Below are positions 1 to 13,261 of a stretch of 64,000 nt of DNA, in pieces. Origin of the DNA: Octopus vulgaris (lineage: Eukaryota); assembly GCA_951406725.2 (NCBI GenBank), contig OX597822.1, forward strand, positions 6,820,001-6,884,000, in the 5' to 3' direction. Both the position numbers and the translations under genes were made by a program. A model generated the notes under the pieces. That model worked only from the letters and a program-made list of their open reading frames with translations. It was not told where the DNA came from and searched no databases. Numbering within the stretch: the stretch's first letter is position 1; every line of letters starts with the position of its first letter.

Positions 1-546
1 GCAAAGGTCACAGCAGGTATGGCCTCCTGTGTACGAACGCGCCTTCTGTAGTAGTTTCCACTTGGTCTTGGAGGGGATGGAGTTCCTTTTAAGGTACCAG
101 ATGTGGGCGGCGAGGGTAGTTTGGTTGGATTTATCTGGTCGCCGGAACGAGTGTGTGTGGGCGTACCAACGGGTCTTAAAGCTGTTTGACGTCATTCCGA
201 TGTAGGATTTTCTTTTATCATCAGGGCCTGATCTTACCTCGCATGTATATACTAGGTCCCTCTGTAGGCAGTTGTTGTTGAGGGGGCAGGTGGTTTTATC
301 AGGACAGTTGCAATTGCTATCGGACGTTGGATGGGCCTCGGAAAAAGTAGATATATTAAGTTTTTTCACATTGTTGTTGGCTAGGTTCCTGGCTAGATTG
401 GGCGTGGTAGAGTAGGAGAGTCTAATAGTGTTCTTATTTAGGATAGTGTAGTACTTATGTTGGGTGGGGAAGTGTTTCTGTAGGAGAGTGAAGAAGATTT
501 TAGCTACAGGTGTAGCGACCTCACGGTTGAAGGGGGGGTTGTACCA
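1..546 (-). mobile_element. Penelope-like retroelement fragment: C-terminal RT linker plus GIY-YIG endonuclease, open frame running off the window edge
   Basis: My manual minus-strand translation gives 182 codons without a stop: WYNPPFNREV...KHFPTQHKYY...NKNTIRLSYSTTPN...CNCPDKTTCPLNNNCLQRDLVYTC...SYIGMTSNSFKTRWYAHTHSF...CCDLC. The Cys-rich linker and VY...YIG...R...H pattern are typical of PLE endonucleases. It is absent from the ORF track because it is truncated at position 1. Confidence 0.88.
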
Positions 547-639
547 GCTACATTAGCTGATGCAACCCCCCCCTTCAACTTTTTCCGAGGCCCATCCAAC
601 GTCCGATAGCAATTGAAACTGCCCTGATAAAACCACCAT

Positions 640-640
640 A

Positions 641-686
<46 letters not shown>

Positions 687-964
687 TATATGTATATATG
701 TGTGTATGCATATGTATGTGTATATGTATGTGTGTATATATATGTATGTATATATAAAATATTATATAATTAGGGCTTAGTAAAATAAATTACTTTGCCA
801 CATACTGAACTTTCTAGAAATAGCAGCCAAAAAAGTTTTTTAGCCATTTCCACTACTTAAAGAAAATTTCTCTCAGACAATGTTTACTCAAAAATAATGG
901 TCCTTTTACATACTGAATACTTGGTGAAATTGATTAATAACTAATTAACTTTACCCTCAATTGT

Positions 965-1060
<96 letters not shown>

Positions 1061-1237
1061 GTGTGTATATATATATTTTTATATATATATATATATGTAT
1101 ATATATGTGTATATGTATATATATATATATATAGTGTACGCGAGTATGTCGATGTATATGTAGGTATGTAGAGTTATGTGTATGTGCATGTATGTGTGTA
1201 TGTACAGATTGTAGATGTGTATATATATATGTGTATG

Positions 1238-1311
<74 letters not shown>

Positions 1312-1480
1312 ATGTATATATATATATATGTATATGTAGGTATGTAGAGTTATACGTATGTGCATGTGTATATATACGTATATATATATATGTATGTGTA
1401 TGTGTATGTATGCATATATATGTGTGTGTGTGAGTATGTGTGTATATGTATGTATATATGTATATATGTGTGTATGTGTA

Positions 1481-1525
<45 letters not shown>

Positions 1526-1658
1526 GTGTGTATGTATATGTATGTGTGTGTGTATATATATATGTGTGTGTGTGTATGTATGTATATGTATATGTATGTG
1601 TGTATGTATATATATATATATGTGTGTGTATGTATATGTGTGTGTATGTATATGTATG

Positions 1659-1689
<31 letters not shown>

Positions 1690-1820
1690 ATGTATATGTA
1701 TGTATGTATGTGTGTGTATGTGTATGTGTATATGTACATATACGTGTACGCTCGTGTGTTTATGTATATGTAGGTACGTAGAGTTATGTATGTGTGTATG
1801 TATATGTACATATGTATAAG

Positions 1821-1871
<51 letters not shown>

Positions 1872-2233
1872 AAGTTTATATGTATGTATCCGTCTGTATA
1901 ATAGGTCACTGCACGTATATATACTTAATATTTATTATTTATTTTTTGAGTATGTATGTATGTATATGAATAACTGCACGTATATATATTTTATTATTTA
2001 TTTTTTGAGTATTCATGTAAGTATATGAACATAAGGAGGCGCGCGTGTGTGTGTATGTGTAAGCATATGTATAGATATATGTATACTTTGACGCATGTGT
2101 GTACTTATGTGTATATATGGATGCGCGCGTGTGTGTGTGTGTATGGGTACGCATGTATATGTGTATGTGTGTGTATGTATATGTGTATGTATGTGTGTGT
2201 GTATATATGTATATGTATGTATGTACATGTATG

Positions 2234-2290
<57 letters not shown>

Positions 2291-2430
2291 GTATGTATAT
2301 ATACGTGTGTATGTGTATATGTATGTATATGTATGTGTATGTATGCGCGTATATGTATGTATATGTATATGTGTGGGTGTGTGTATGTGTATATATGTAT
2401 GTATGTATGGGTGTATGTATGTATATATAC

Positions 2431-2480
<50 letters not shown>

Positions 2481-2896
2481 TTGTATGTAGGTGTATATGT
2501 ATGTGTGTATATATATTTATTGGTGTATATGTATGGACTAGTCTTCTAAGCGTGTAGACATGAATCTGTATGTACGCGTACGTATGTGTATATATGTGAA
2601 TGTATGTAGATGTATGTATGTATGAATATAACGTGTGCGTGCGTGTATGTGTATGAGTGTACGAATGAGTGAGTGTGCGTGCTAATGAGTGTGCGTGCGT
2701 GAGTGAGTGCTTGTGTTCAAGTAGAAAGATAAATGGACTTGCTGTCGTAGCCAAGATGCTTGTGACCCGCGGTCAAAGATAACAAAAGTAATAAATGAAG
2801 ATAATAATAAAATTAAAATTAGGGAATGGGTTTGTATTTGTATGTATATGTGTGTATGTGTAGGTATGTATAGGTACACATATGTGTATATATATA

Positions 2897-2945
<49 letters not shown>

Positions 2946-3100
2946 ATATAGGGACTTGTGTGTGCATGTGTGTATGTGGATATGTGTGTGTATGTGTGTA
3001 TGTATATGTGTGTGTATGTATATATTTTTTTGTGTGTATATGTATGTGTGGTCGTGTGTGTATATATATACATGTGTGTGTGTATATATATATATGCATA

Positions 3101-3147
<47 letters not shown>

Positions 3148-3186
3148 GTGTGTATATATATATGTATATATGTGTGTGTGTATGTA

Positions 3187-3218
<32 letters not shown>

Positions 3219-3240
3219 CATATGTGTATATGTATAAGTG
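640..3240. repeat. Compound (TA)n/(TG)n/(TATG)n microsatellite field
   Basis: Directly visible; source of the YI/CV/HT-repeat ORFs. Short non-microsatellite islands at about 760-965, 1890-2040 and 2700-2830. Confidence 0.95.
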
Positions 3241-3444
3241 AGAATCTCCTTATTTACCTAAAACTCTATTCTTCTATATATTTTTTTATTCTTTTATTTA
3301 TTCTTTTATCTAATTTACCACTGACTCCTTGACCACTCCCCCAAGTATGATATTATTGCGCTATGCCTACCCCCAAAAAGTCCCCCACCACCACCTCTTT
3401 AAACCTGCCTAAATGTATAAATGCCAATACAATTCTTGTTAACT

Positions 3445-3495
3445 AGCTTCCTGATGATTTCTCTTGAATGAAACAGTTCTAGTCCTGTAGAAGCT
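3445..3495 (+). ncRNA. Type I hammerhead ribozyme-like motif
   Basis: AGCTTC-CTGATGA-tTTC(tctt)GAAt-GAAA-CAG(ttctagtc)CTG-TA-GAAGCT: 6-bp stem I, intact core, short stem II with a U-U closing pair, stem III, GUA cleavage triplet. Confidence 0.7.
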
Positions 3496-3582
3496 CCTTC
3501 TATATAATAAATTAATTTTACTCTGCTATGTATTGAGTACCTTATTTACTGTGGTTAACCCCGAATCAACCCGGGACCTACA

Positions 3583-3711
<129 letters not shown>

Positions 3712-3729
3712 ATTATATATATATTTCGC

Positions 3730-3919
3730 GTGTGTACCGTTAGCGATTTTTTCCTTCGTCTTCCCTTCCCTGGATCTTTCCTTCTCCTATGTTTCTGACG
3801 AAGAGCTCCGCTGAATCGTAAACCCTCCTTCTTTCCTTCTTTCCTGAGCGTCCAATAATACTATATTTGTTCCACGTCCTCTCGTTGTCGTGTTGTTTTG
3901 TGCTTTCATGTTTGGATTA

Positions 3920-3922
<3 letters not shown>
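3730..3922 (+). mobile_element. Short PLE pLTR-like repeat with a degenerate hammerhead (3791-3823)
   Basis: GTTT-CTGACGA-a-GAGC(tcc)GCT-GAAT-CGT-AAAC; GAAA is mutated to GAAT. Flanked by (TA)n on both sides. Same GAGC/GCTC stem II as the 4352 and 24650 elements. Confidence 0.5.
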
Positions 3923-4012
<90 letters not shown>

Positions 4013-4285
4013 GGAGACGCAATGGCCCAGTGGTTAGGGCAGCGGACTCGCGGTTGTAGGATCGCAGTTTCGGTTACCAGACCAGGCGTTGTGAGTGTTT
4101 ATTGAGCGAAAACACCTAAAAGCTCCACAAGGCTTCGGCAGAGGGTGGTGGTGATCCCTGCTGTACGCCTTCACCTCAACTTTCTCTCACTCTTTCTTCT
4201 GTTGGTTTGCTCGCTTAGCCAGCGGGGTGGCGTCATTCGACCAGCAGTGTGTAGCAACATCTGATGTTCTGGTCGGTCACGTGAT

Positions 4286-4292
<7 letters not shown>
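4013..4292 (+). mobile_element. tRNA-derived SINE, family A
   Basis: A-box TGGCCCAGTGG and a tRNA-like head; homologous copies at 13262-13647(-) and 30252-30410(-). Ends in the palindrome TCACGTGATCACGTGA. Confidence 0.8.
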
Positions 4293-4351
<59 letters not shown>

Positions 4352-4355
<4 letters not shown>

Positions 4356-4545
4356 AGAATTCACAAAAAAAGGCGAAGACAGACGGTGTGGACAACAAAC
4401 AGGTGTATTTGTATACCGCTCGGGAATTGAAAAATGTCTTTAAGGTTTCTAGCCTACGCTCTTCCCCAGAAGGAAACAAGGAGAGAAAATAAAGAATGTG
4501 TAGTGGAGAAAAATATAGGTATACACACACTCGTGTGCGCATATG
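4352..4545 (-). mobile_element. Short interspersed repeat with a decayed hammerhead-like core (family shared with 24650-24845)
   Basis: Minus strand CTGGGGA-a-GAGC(gtag)GCTA-GAAAC; homologous to 24650-24845(+). Confidence 0.55.
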
Positions 4546-4733
4546 ACGACGGACAAAAAAAAAGCATATATGTAAGGAATGTAATTATATGAATAGTTGC
4601 ATAAATAAGTAAATCTCATTTTCATAGCAGTTTTCAAACGATGACGGGTAAAATACAATGTACTACATAGGCTGCTAAAGTATTTTATGCCCCACTAATC
4701 TGTTACTAACCACAATATAAGATGTATATACAA

Positions 4734-5134
4734 CTAGCAGTATCGCCCGGCGTTGCTCGGGTTTGTAAGGGAAATAACTATATAAGCATTTTTAGAGAGT
4801 TAGAGCCAAAAAATAGCAAAAAATGCATTCAAAATGGAAAAAAAACGATGGTAAATTTTTTGAAAAATCGTAGACTCATCATAGACATTTTTAGAGAGTT
4901 ACTTCCCTTATATAATAGTGAAAAAATGCATTAAAATGGAAAAAAATGATGGTAAATTTTTTTTTAAATCGTAGACTCATCGTAGACGCGCGCTAATACC
5001 CAGAAGGGCTCGATATGAATCACGACTATAAGATACCCGGTTTTGGTTAAACTGCACCGCAAAATGTGGGAGTAGTTAGGAATCTAAATCGTAGGAGACA
5101 GACAGACACACAACCTCTCTTTTATATATAAAGA
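4734..5134 (-). mobile_element. Non-autonomous Helitron-like element, copy 1
   Basis: Minus strand begins TC(TTTATATATAAAA) and ends with the GC hairpin CCCGAGCAACGCCGGG about 10 nt before CTAG. Inserted between A and T with no TSD. Internal ~95-bp tandem duplication; second copy at 22436-22813. Confidence 0.8.
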
Positions 5135-5330
5135 TTTTACATATAAGTATATTTCTTATTCAGAAAAAATGTTTCTTCGGTGATTATTATTGCTATATGC
5201 GGTTTAATTTCATTCATTTTTCTTGCTGTCTTTTCTCGTTGTATTTCTAGACAATGTCATCCGTATCGTGAAGTTGCTCTATTATTCGATATATGCGTAT
5301 TATATATCGAATATGCATGTGTGTGTGCGT

Positions 5331-5366
<36 letters not shown>

Positions 5367-5376
5367 ACACACGCAT

Positions 5377-5454
<78 letters not shown>

Positions 5455-5773
5455 CTGAGACCTGCTTCAGTCAAGGCTGACCATGGGATTGCACATAGAA
5501 AGTTACCCTCCAAGGTAAAGTCCGGGCAAGGAAAACCAGCAGTCGCCCATGCATACCAGTCTCCCTTCTCCCACGCCCCCTGTGTTATCCAAGGGAAAGG
5601 CAAAGGGGCCGATACAGCTTGGCACCAGTGACGTCGCAACTCATTTTTACAGCTGAATGAACTGGAGCAACGTGATATAAGTGTCTTGCTCAAGAACACA
5701 ACACGCAACCCGGTCCGGGATTCGAACTCAAAACCTCACGATCGTAAGCTCGGCTCTCTAAACACTGAGCCAT
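5455..5773 (-). mobile_element. tRNA-derived SINE, family D
   Basis: Head TGGCTCAGTG...GAGTTCGAATCC (A/B boxes), followed by a CORE-like TGTGTTCTTGAGCAAGACACTT; copies at 23314 and 28974. Confidence 0.8.
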
Positions 5774-6307
5774 ATATAAACTTACATACAACCTCGTGAT
5801 CATATGCCAATGTATTTCCTCGATTTACTTTGAATATTCCTGTAATAAATTTACTTTTGAAATTATTACCAGTTATTCTATGAAAGTCTGTGCTTCATAT
5901 GATATACGATGTATGACTTGGCCCCACTTATTTGTCCAGAACAGCTGGTCGTAAACAATAAAATAAAAACAAGAAGTTTAACACTGTGTTGTTATATGAC
6001 CTGTTAGAAAGGAAGATATTAGTGTTGAATTGCATGTAATCAAAATGACCAACAATGATAGCATCAACAACTATAACATACAGACATCGACACAAAGTTT
6101 CAGTCATCAACGCATGAAAGTAATAAAAAAATATCATATGAAACATATCATATGTATAGATGTTTGGAACTTACAATATAGTTTTTCAAAATTACAGATG
6201 ATGAGCAAACTTGACTACTAAACACTTATTGCAATCAGATAAGCCAACGCGACTGCGTAAGTAAATTGATACAGACTGGAAACCGGACCGAATATAAACA
6301 CCATCGC

Positions 6308-6436
<129 letters not shown>

Positions 6437-6651
6437 TTTCAATCATTAAACTGCGGTCATGCCATTAAACCGCCTTGAATTGTTTTGGTCGAATGAATCA
6501 ACCCCAGTACTTAAACTTTTAAAGCCTTGTACTTATTATATTGGACCCTCTTGATGAACCGCTATGTTATGGGGAGACAAATGCAAACAAATGCCCTTGT
6601 GCTTGGGAGGCAAGGTTCTTACCACATAGCCATGCCTTATATACATATATA

Positions 6652-6822
6652 GGCGCAGGAGTGGCTGTGTGGTAAGTAGCTTACTTACCAACCACATGAT
6701 TCTGGGTTCAGTCCCACTGCGTGGCACCTTGTGCAAGTGTATTCTACTATAGCCTCGGGCCGACTAAAGCCTTGTGAGTGGATTTGGTAGACGGAAACTG
6801 AAAGAAGCCCGTCGTATATATG

Positions 6823-6872
<50 letters not shown>

Positions 6873-7097
6873 CGTGTGTGTTTGTGTGTCTGTGTTTGTA
6901 CCCCTAGCATAGCTTGACAACTGATGCTGGTATGTTTATGTCCCGCCACTTAGCGGTTCGGCAAATGAGACCGATAGAATAAGTACTGGGCTTACAATGA
7001 AGAAGTCCCGGGGTCGAGTTGCTCGATTAAAGGCGGTGCTCCAGCATGGCCGCAGTCAAATGACTGAAACAAGTAAAAGAGTAAAAGAGTAAAGAGT
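6652..7097 (+). mobile_element. tRNA-derived SINE, family B, with an internal (TA)n/(TG)n tract
   Basis: GGCGCAGGAGTGGCTGTGTGGTAAG head, GGTTCAGTCCC B-box-like motif and (GTAAAAGA)n tail; five homologous copies in the window. Confidence 0.88.
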
Positions 7098-7715
7098 ACA
7101 TGCATATACATATAAATATACAAACTGTACTCCATCTGTTGAGAGAAATATTATTTCATTAACACAATGCATGTTTTTGCGAGTTACCATTAGTTTCATG
7201 CGATGAAAGCTGCAAACACTGTATTTAAGACATGTCTGCTCCTGTAGCACAATGCTCATGTTATACCCACATGGCGGAACAAGGTAAAAATAGGGAGATC
7301 GGATTAGAGAAAAATATAAGCTCTGCATAGCTGAAAGAACACAGATCGTTTTCAGATCTAAATAATCAACAACGCATGTACACCTTTATTTAAGCAGCTG
7401 TAAACATATGAATGAATTCCTATTGGTCTATTGCAATGCACTGGATGCCCCAAAGGGAGCAGCTGTACTACTGGTTCCAGGCTGCTAACCTTTCAGCCTT
7501 ATGAATTTCTGGTCAAAAGTGACACAACACTAACTCCCTCTCTTTTGCTTAATTGCTATTCCTTTTTTGTTTTCTGGTTTGTTTTTTTGTTTTGCAAATT
7601 TCCACAATCTTCTTCCTTATTGCCTTTTCTCGTGTTTTTTTTATTCTCACATTCTATCGGCCTGTTTTTCGCTTGTTACGCAATACTGGCACAGCTTGAG
7701 GATAGCATTACAGCA

Positions 7716-7820
<105 letters not shown>

Positions 7821-8189
7821 TATAAAAATTATATATAAAGAAACAAGAACGTGAAATACACAAAGAGACAAATACAGAAAACAGACGGGTCATTCGAAGC
7901 CTTTAATCTTCAGTCAGAAACCAGATCATCATAGCATATATATATATATATATACACATACACATACGCGTGTGCAAATTATTGGTTTAAAACCTGCAGA
8001 GATGATTCATGTCTAGTGCTGAAATATCTTTGTTGCACCTGCACACGTACCTTCCTAAAATCGATATTGCCTCACCAGGTACACGGTATCCTACATGTGA
8101 GACGTCAAAGAGATCCTAGGGCAAAGCGTTCTGTTCATTGTATTGCTGGTAATTCTGATTGACTTAACCACTGGCCTACATTTCCTAAT

Positions 8190-8209
8190 ACATACATACA
8201 TATATGTAT

Positions 8210-8265
<56 letters not shown>

Positions 8266-8294
8266 ATATATATATGTATGTATACTTGTAAAAT

Positions 8295-8347
<53 letters not shown>

Positions 8348-8838
8348 ATGCATATATATACATATACATACGTAGACACGGAAACACACATATATATCCT
8401 TATATTATATGTATGCCTATATCTACATATGCATGCCTTTATTTGATCTGTGTGTATATCTGCATATATATGTATGCATGCTTGTATGTATATATACACA
8501 TATAAAGACTGAACGACGTCACAATTTCAATTATGTACTATATGATATTGATAATTTTCATATCAGTCCTTCATTATTTACCGAAAAACGTTGAAATAAT
8601 ATATAAAATAGAAATATAAAATTGGTCAATCATCTCTTTTTCTGTCGTTAAGTTATATTTTATAATATTATATTCTATATTTGCCCTGGTTTTCCTTCTT
8701 TCTTTCAATTTTTGTTTCAATAATTTTTATCTAAATATGATATTAATCTTCCTTTTGATTGCTATTTGCTAGTATTTAATTCTCTCTATATTGCCCTCCC
8801 AACTGAAGTCCGGGAATCGCTTTCTACAAACGTACACG

Positions 8839-8875
<37 letters not shown>

Positions 8876-9122
8876 ACACATACACACACTCACTCATTCA
8901 CACACACAAACGCACGCACGCACACCCACACACTGTTATGCAAACATACATGTGTCTCTTTCTCTATATATATATGTGTGTATACTCTTACTTATATGTA
9001 GGTATACATACAGATGAGCACGCGCTTGCGCGAGTATACATGATTGTTTTATATATGTCTGTGCTTCTTCGTGTATATGTATGTAATATACATATGCAAA
9101 TACTTGCATACATATACATATG

Positions 9123-9208
<86 letters not shown>

Positions 9209-9278
9209 CACAGACATATATATATATATACATGTATATATATATATAAATGCATATATATATAAATATATATATAAA

Positions 9279-9320
<42 letters not shown>

Positions 9321-9372
9321 CATACACACACACACACACGCTCGCACAAACAAACGCACACACGCATATATA
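8190..9372. repeat. Compound TA/CA microsatellite fields
   Basis: Visible runs at about 8190-8500 and 8840-9372. Confidence 0.9.
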
Positions 9373-9859
9373 TGTTACAAATTCAGTGTTTTTATTTATT
9401 ATTTTTATGGACAATTAATCTCTATCTTAATGGAGTGGATATTTTATTAATAGGCAGAAAATGTGTTCTGGAAGGGAGAAGAGTATAAAAGGGTGGCTTT
9501 GTGCAGAAGTAGGAGTTGATGGGTTGGAGTTGTACAAATAAAATAATCGATGAATGTCTATGCCGGCGAAGGAGTTGAAACGTTGTCAGAGAAAGTATTT
9601 AATAGACGTTGATAGGAATAAATAGCACAGAGTGCTTAAAGAAATGGAGCGAGATCATGAGATGATTTTGAGAGAAGCGACAAAGATATCCATCCGGTCC
9701 TTCATGTTGGGAGACACTGTTGCAGAATGGAATTTGAGTCAGAGAAATACGTCTGCGATGGTGTTTCAATGTGTGTGTCTCTTGTCGCCGGGAGATAAAA
9801 TATTTAATTTGGCGATGGTAACATCACATGGTGCTCATGTACAGAATTATTAGTCATTC

Positions 9860-10035
9860 ATTAGCACAGCGGACAATAAACATTCTAGCATTTCATATGC
9901 TTTTACGTTCTGAGTTCAAATCTCGCCGAGTTCGAATTTACCATTCAACATTTCGGGGTCGATAATATATGTAACAGATGAACGCAGGAGTCGATATAAC
10001 CGACTTAATCACCGCCCACGAAATCACTGGCCGTA
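9860..10035 (+). mobile_element. Degraded SINE, family C (older subfamily)
   Basis: TTACGTTCTGAGTTCAAAT...TTTCGGGGTCGATAA...GTCGATATAACCGACTTAA matches family C. Confidence 0.65.
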
Positions 10036-10082
10036 TATCGTTTTTTTTTCTTCATGTAAATACTTTTGTGGTTAATAAAGAT

Positions 10083-10161
<79 letters not shown>

Positions 10162-10162
10162 A

Positions 10163-10214
<52 letters not shown>

Positions 10215-10220
10215 ATTATT
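10083..10220. repeat. (ATC)n-(ATT)n microsatellite
   Basis: Visible. Confidence 0.95.
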
Positions 10221-10299
10221 CGATATCCCTATATCCTTGCTGCATATATGTACAGTCTGAACAAGCCTCTCTATTACATTCTGTTTTCGCCGACAGTTT

Positions 10300-12300
10300 T
10301 CAATCATCCATGAAGAGAAGGTGGTTGAGACATGGTCCATTCTTTCTCAGCCCACAATGTGCGTCAACTTTGCGTAGTGTTACGAGAAGTAAGATGAAGG
10401 CTATAACAAATAAAGGTGAACAAGAATATCCCTGAAATGTATCTCTTTTGATTGGTACTTCGGCGAAGTGCTGGTTGTTACAGAAAAGGCGTATTTTCCT
10501 ACAAGGCTTGTTGTTTCCAAAATCCACAAATATGGCAACATATGGTGAGCCTTTATAAAGTCTACGTAAGGCTATGCGTAAGTGATTTTGAAAGCGCTTG
10601 CAGTTCTTCATTACAACCTTGTCTATCACAAGGTACCCTGTGGTACCCTTCGATCCTTTTCGGCATCCCTTTTGCTCCACTGGCAGCAGATTCTTTTCCA
10701 GAATGAACGTATATATTTCCCCTGCAAGGATGCCTGTTAACACTTTCCATAAGAGGTTAAGACTGGAAATGGAACGGTAATTGCCAACCTTATTGCCCTT
10801 TGACCGATCTTTCATCAACAATGTTGTCTATCCCTCTAAAATACTCTCCGGAACTTCACCAATTTGTAGACAATTGTCCAATTGCACTTGCAATTTGTTT
10901 GTGTGTTGACCTACACAACCTGAGCCAGTAGCTTTGTATTGCGTCTTGTCCGGGCGCTTTCCAATTTGGCTGTTTTGATACATGTGTAATTACATCATCC
11001 GTTGTTATGCGCACGTGGTCTTGTCATGGAGCTTCCGGATGATGGCGTTTGGATCTCAGGGAATCAATTCACTCAGCGCCATGGTTGTAGGACAATTCTT
11101 ACCCCCAGATTTTATTCCGAAATTGGTACGTTTCCTCTGCTTCAAGAGGTATATTATCTTCTGTATCCCCTCGTAAGCTCTTAAAAATGCCTTGATTATT
11201 TGAGAATAACCTGTTCTGCTGGAATTGTGATATACAATCTGTCTAGCGTTGCACCTTCAATGATTTTGTCCGCACAATTCTTTTAGAGTTTTAATAACAG
11301 TTTTGAACCCTTTCTTTTCTATTTTGTATTTTGCGCCAAGATATGCCTTTACAGCTTTTTTAGCACTTCCCCATTGCCCTTTGGACCATTCTTTTATGTG
11401 CCTCTGATCTTAACGCACACTTTTAATATCGGCTTCAATTCTCCGCGTCCATCATGGTTCCTTCTGTCAGTCTGTTTCCTTCTCATTCTTTCCAACCTGT
11501 TCACCTACAAAAATTAAAGCGGATCTGGTCAAGTCCTTTGTTTCCGTTAGATTTTTTTGTCATAATGTATTTCAGATTTTCCTCAACCTTTCAGGTTGCG
11601 CTTTTCACATTATTACAGTCGAAGATTCTCAAATCAACCGGCTTAGTCTCTATTCTTGTAATTATTATACCCACGAGTCTTGTCCTGAGGTTTCTCTGTT
11701 CCTCAATCACATCCTCTCCTTATACAGGTCTTTCTACCTTATATTGATTGGGCAGCCTCTCTTCTACTACTACTTCACATTGCCTACGCATTCGCCGACC
11801 TTCCACTACATTATTCTCCTCGAGGTTATCACCACTACGGAGGCTTTTCCTGATTGTCTGAATCTAGGCTTCATTAAGAAAGCCTCAATTCTAAATTATT
11901 CGCACCTGATCCATGAGCCAATTTTCAGTCATCTGGAACATACCTAGCTTATTCCAAAGTTCTAATGATCTTTTTCCGACAGATTTACACTTGCCATTGT
12001 CCTTGTCTAGCAAGGCTTGATCATCGCACTTAATTGCGTTTTGGTTCAAATCAACGGACCACTTGCGTTTGCGTGCACGTTGCATATTTAGGACTGGGTG
12101 GAGCCTGGTCTTCCACTCCATTGTCCTCTGAGAGGCCCCCTGCTGGGCGCGGGAGATCTGGTGTGTTGGACATCCAAGGGAGTTTTTTTTTTTCTGTTCA
12201 CGCCGTTATCTGTGTTGGAAATGGTTGTCCTCACTGCACAGAATGAGAATGATCTTTTACAGGCTTTGCTTCCCGGCTGTATTTATTTCAGATTTTCATG
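10300..12300 (-). mobile_element. R4/Dong-like non-LTR retrotransposon relic (N-terminal region plus RT, truncated at the catalytic motif)
   Basis: Motifs RKRKWS, WKAPGQDAIQSYW, NYRSIS..LWKVLTGI, EQKGCRKGSKGT, RDTFQG...SPL and NHLLFMDD, with many stops and frameshifts. Trinucleotide microsatellites lie close to both ends. Confidence 0.85.
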
Positions 12301-12340
12301 TAAAGGGTTACCCTAAATACAACTGCAGTTCTGACTTGGC

Positions 12341-12509
12341 TTCTTCTTCTTCTTCTTCTTCTTCTTCTTCTTCTTCTTCTTCTTCTTCTTCTTCTTCTTC
12401 TTCTTCTTCTTCTTCTTCTTCTTCTTCTTCTTCTTCTTCTTCTTCTTCTTCTTCTTCTTCTTCTACTTCTTCTTCTTCCCCTTCTTCATTGTTGTCGTCG
12501 TTGTTGTTC

Positions 12510-12551
<42 letters not shown>
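12341..12551. repeat. (TTC)n-(TTA)n microsatellite
   Basis: Visible. Confidence 0.95.
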
Positions 12552-12552
<1 letters not shown>

Positions 12553-13261
12553 GTCCTTGAAAGCTGTATTGTAAATGGGTCAGCAATCTTTGTTACGTAT
12601 GTGCATTAAAATTGCTTAGATTTTGGTTACCGGCTTTTTTATTGTTGATTTCTCTGTGCCAATAATAACGCACGATGTTTACCTGTCTTCTATAAAACGA
12701 ATTTGATTCCCGTGGGGCTGGTATTTCAAAGCAATTATGGAAATATTCTTGAAAAGAATTCAATTTTGACCTGAAAGATGGTGACATTTTTGCGATGAGG
12801 TTGAATTTGATTTTGAGAATTAAATTGTTTTTGTCACTACTAGCCACATCCTTGAATAGCAGTCACTGTATATTTTCCAGTCACCGTCACAACCATCTTC
12901 GCCAAAACCACTACCGCCTGTAGTGACAATAAGGATGCAGAATCTTAGAATATAATTACTAACAACATCAACAACACTACCTCTAGCGATAACTGAAGTG
13001 ACAAACTACGTAAATTCAAACAAGGTGCAATCACGCAGCCACTGCCAAACAACACTGTCGCTACGATAGTAAATCACAATAAAGCTCCCCGATCAACCAT
13101 AAATCGAGCTTTGATGCACAAAAGACACTGCAGCTGCTATGACGATAGAAAGCAAATTAACGGACTGCAAGATAGCGGTCAGACGTCAGAAATTATAAAC
13201 TTTGAAAACAGAAGCTTTGGGAGTGGCCAGAAGAAAAATGACATAAATTCCCGTATAACAA

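Noticed and set aside
4013-4090. tRNA gene calls at SINE heads (also 5700-5773, 13570-13647, 42540-42605)
   Set aside because: No complete cloverleaf or terminator; each continues into a repeated SINE body.
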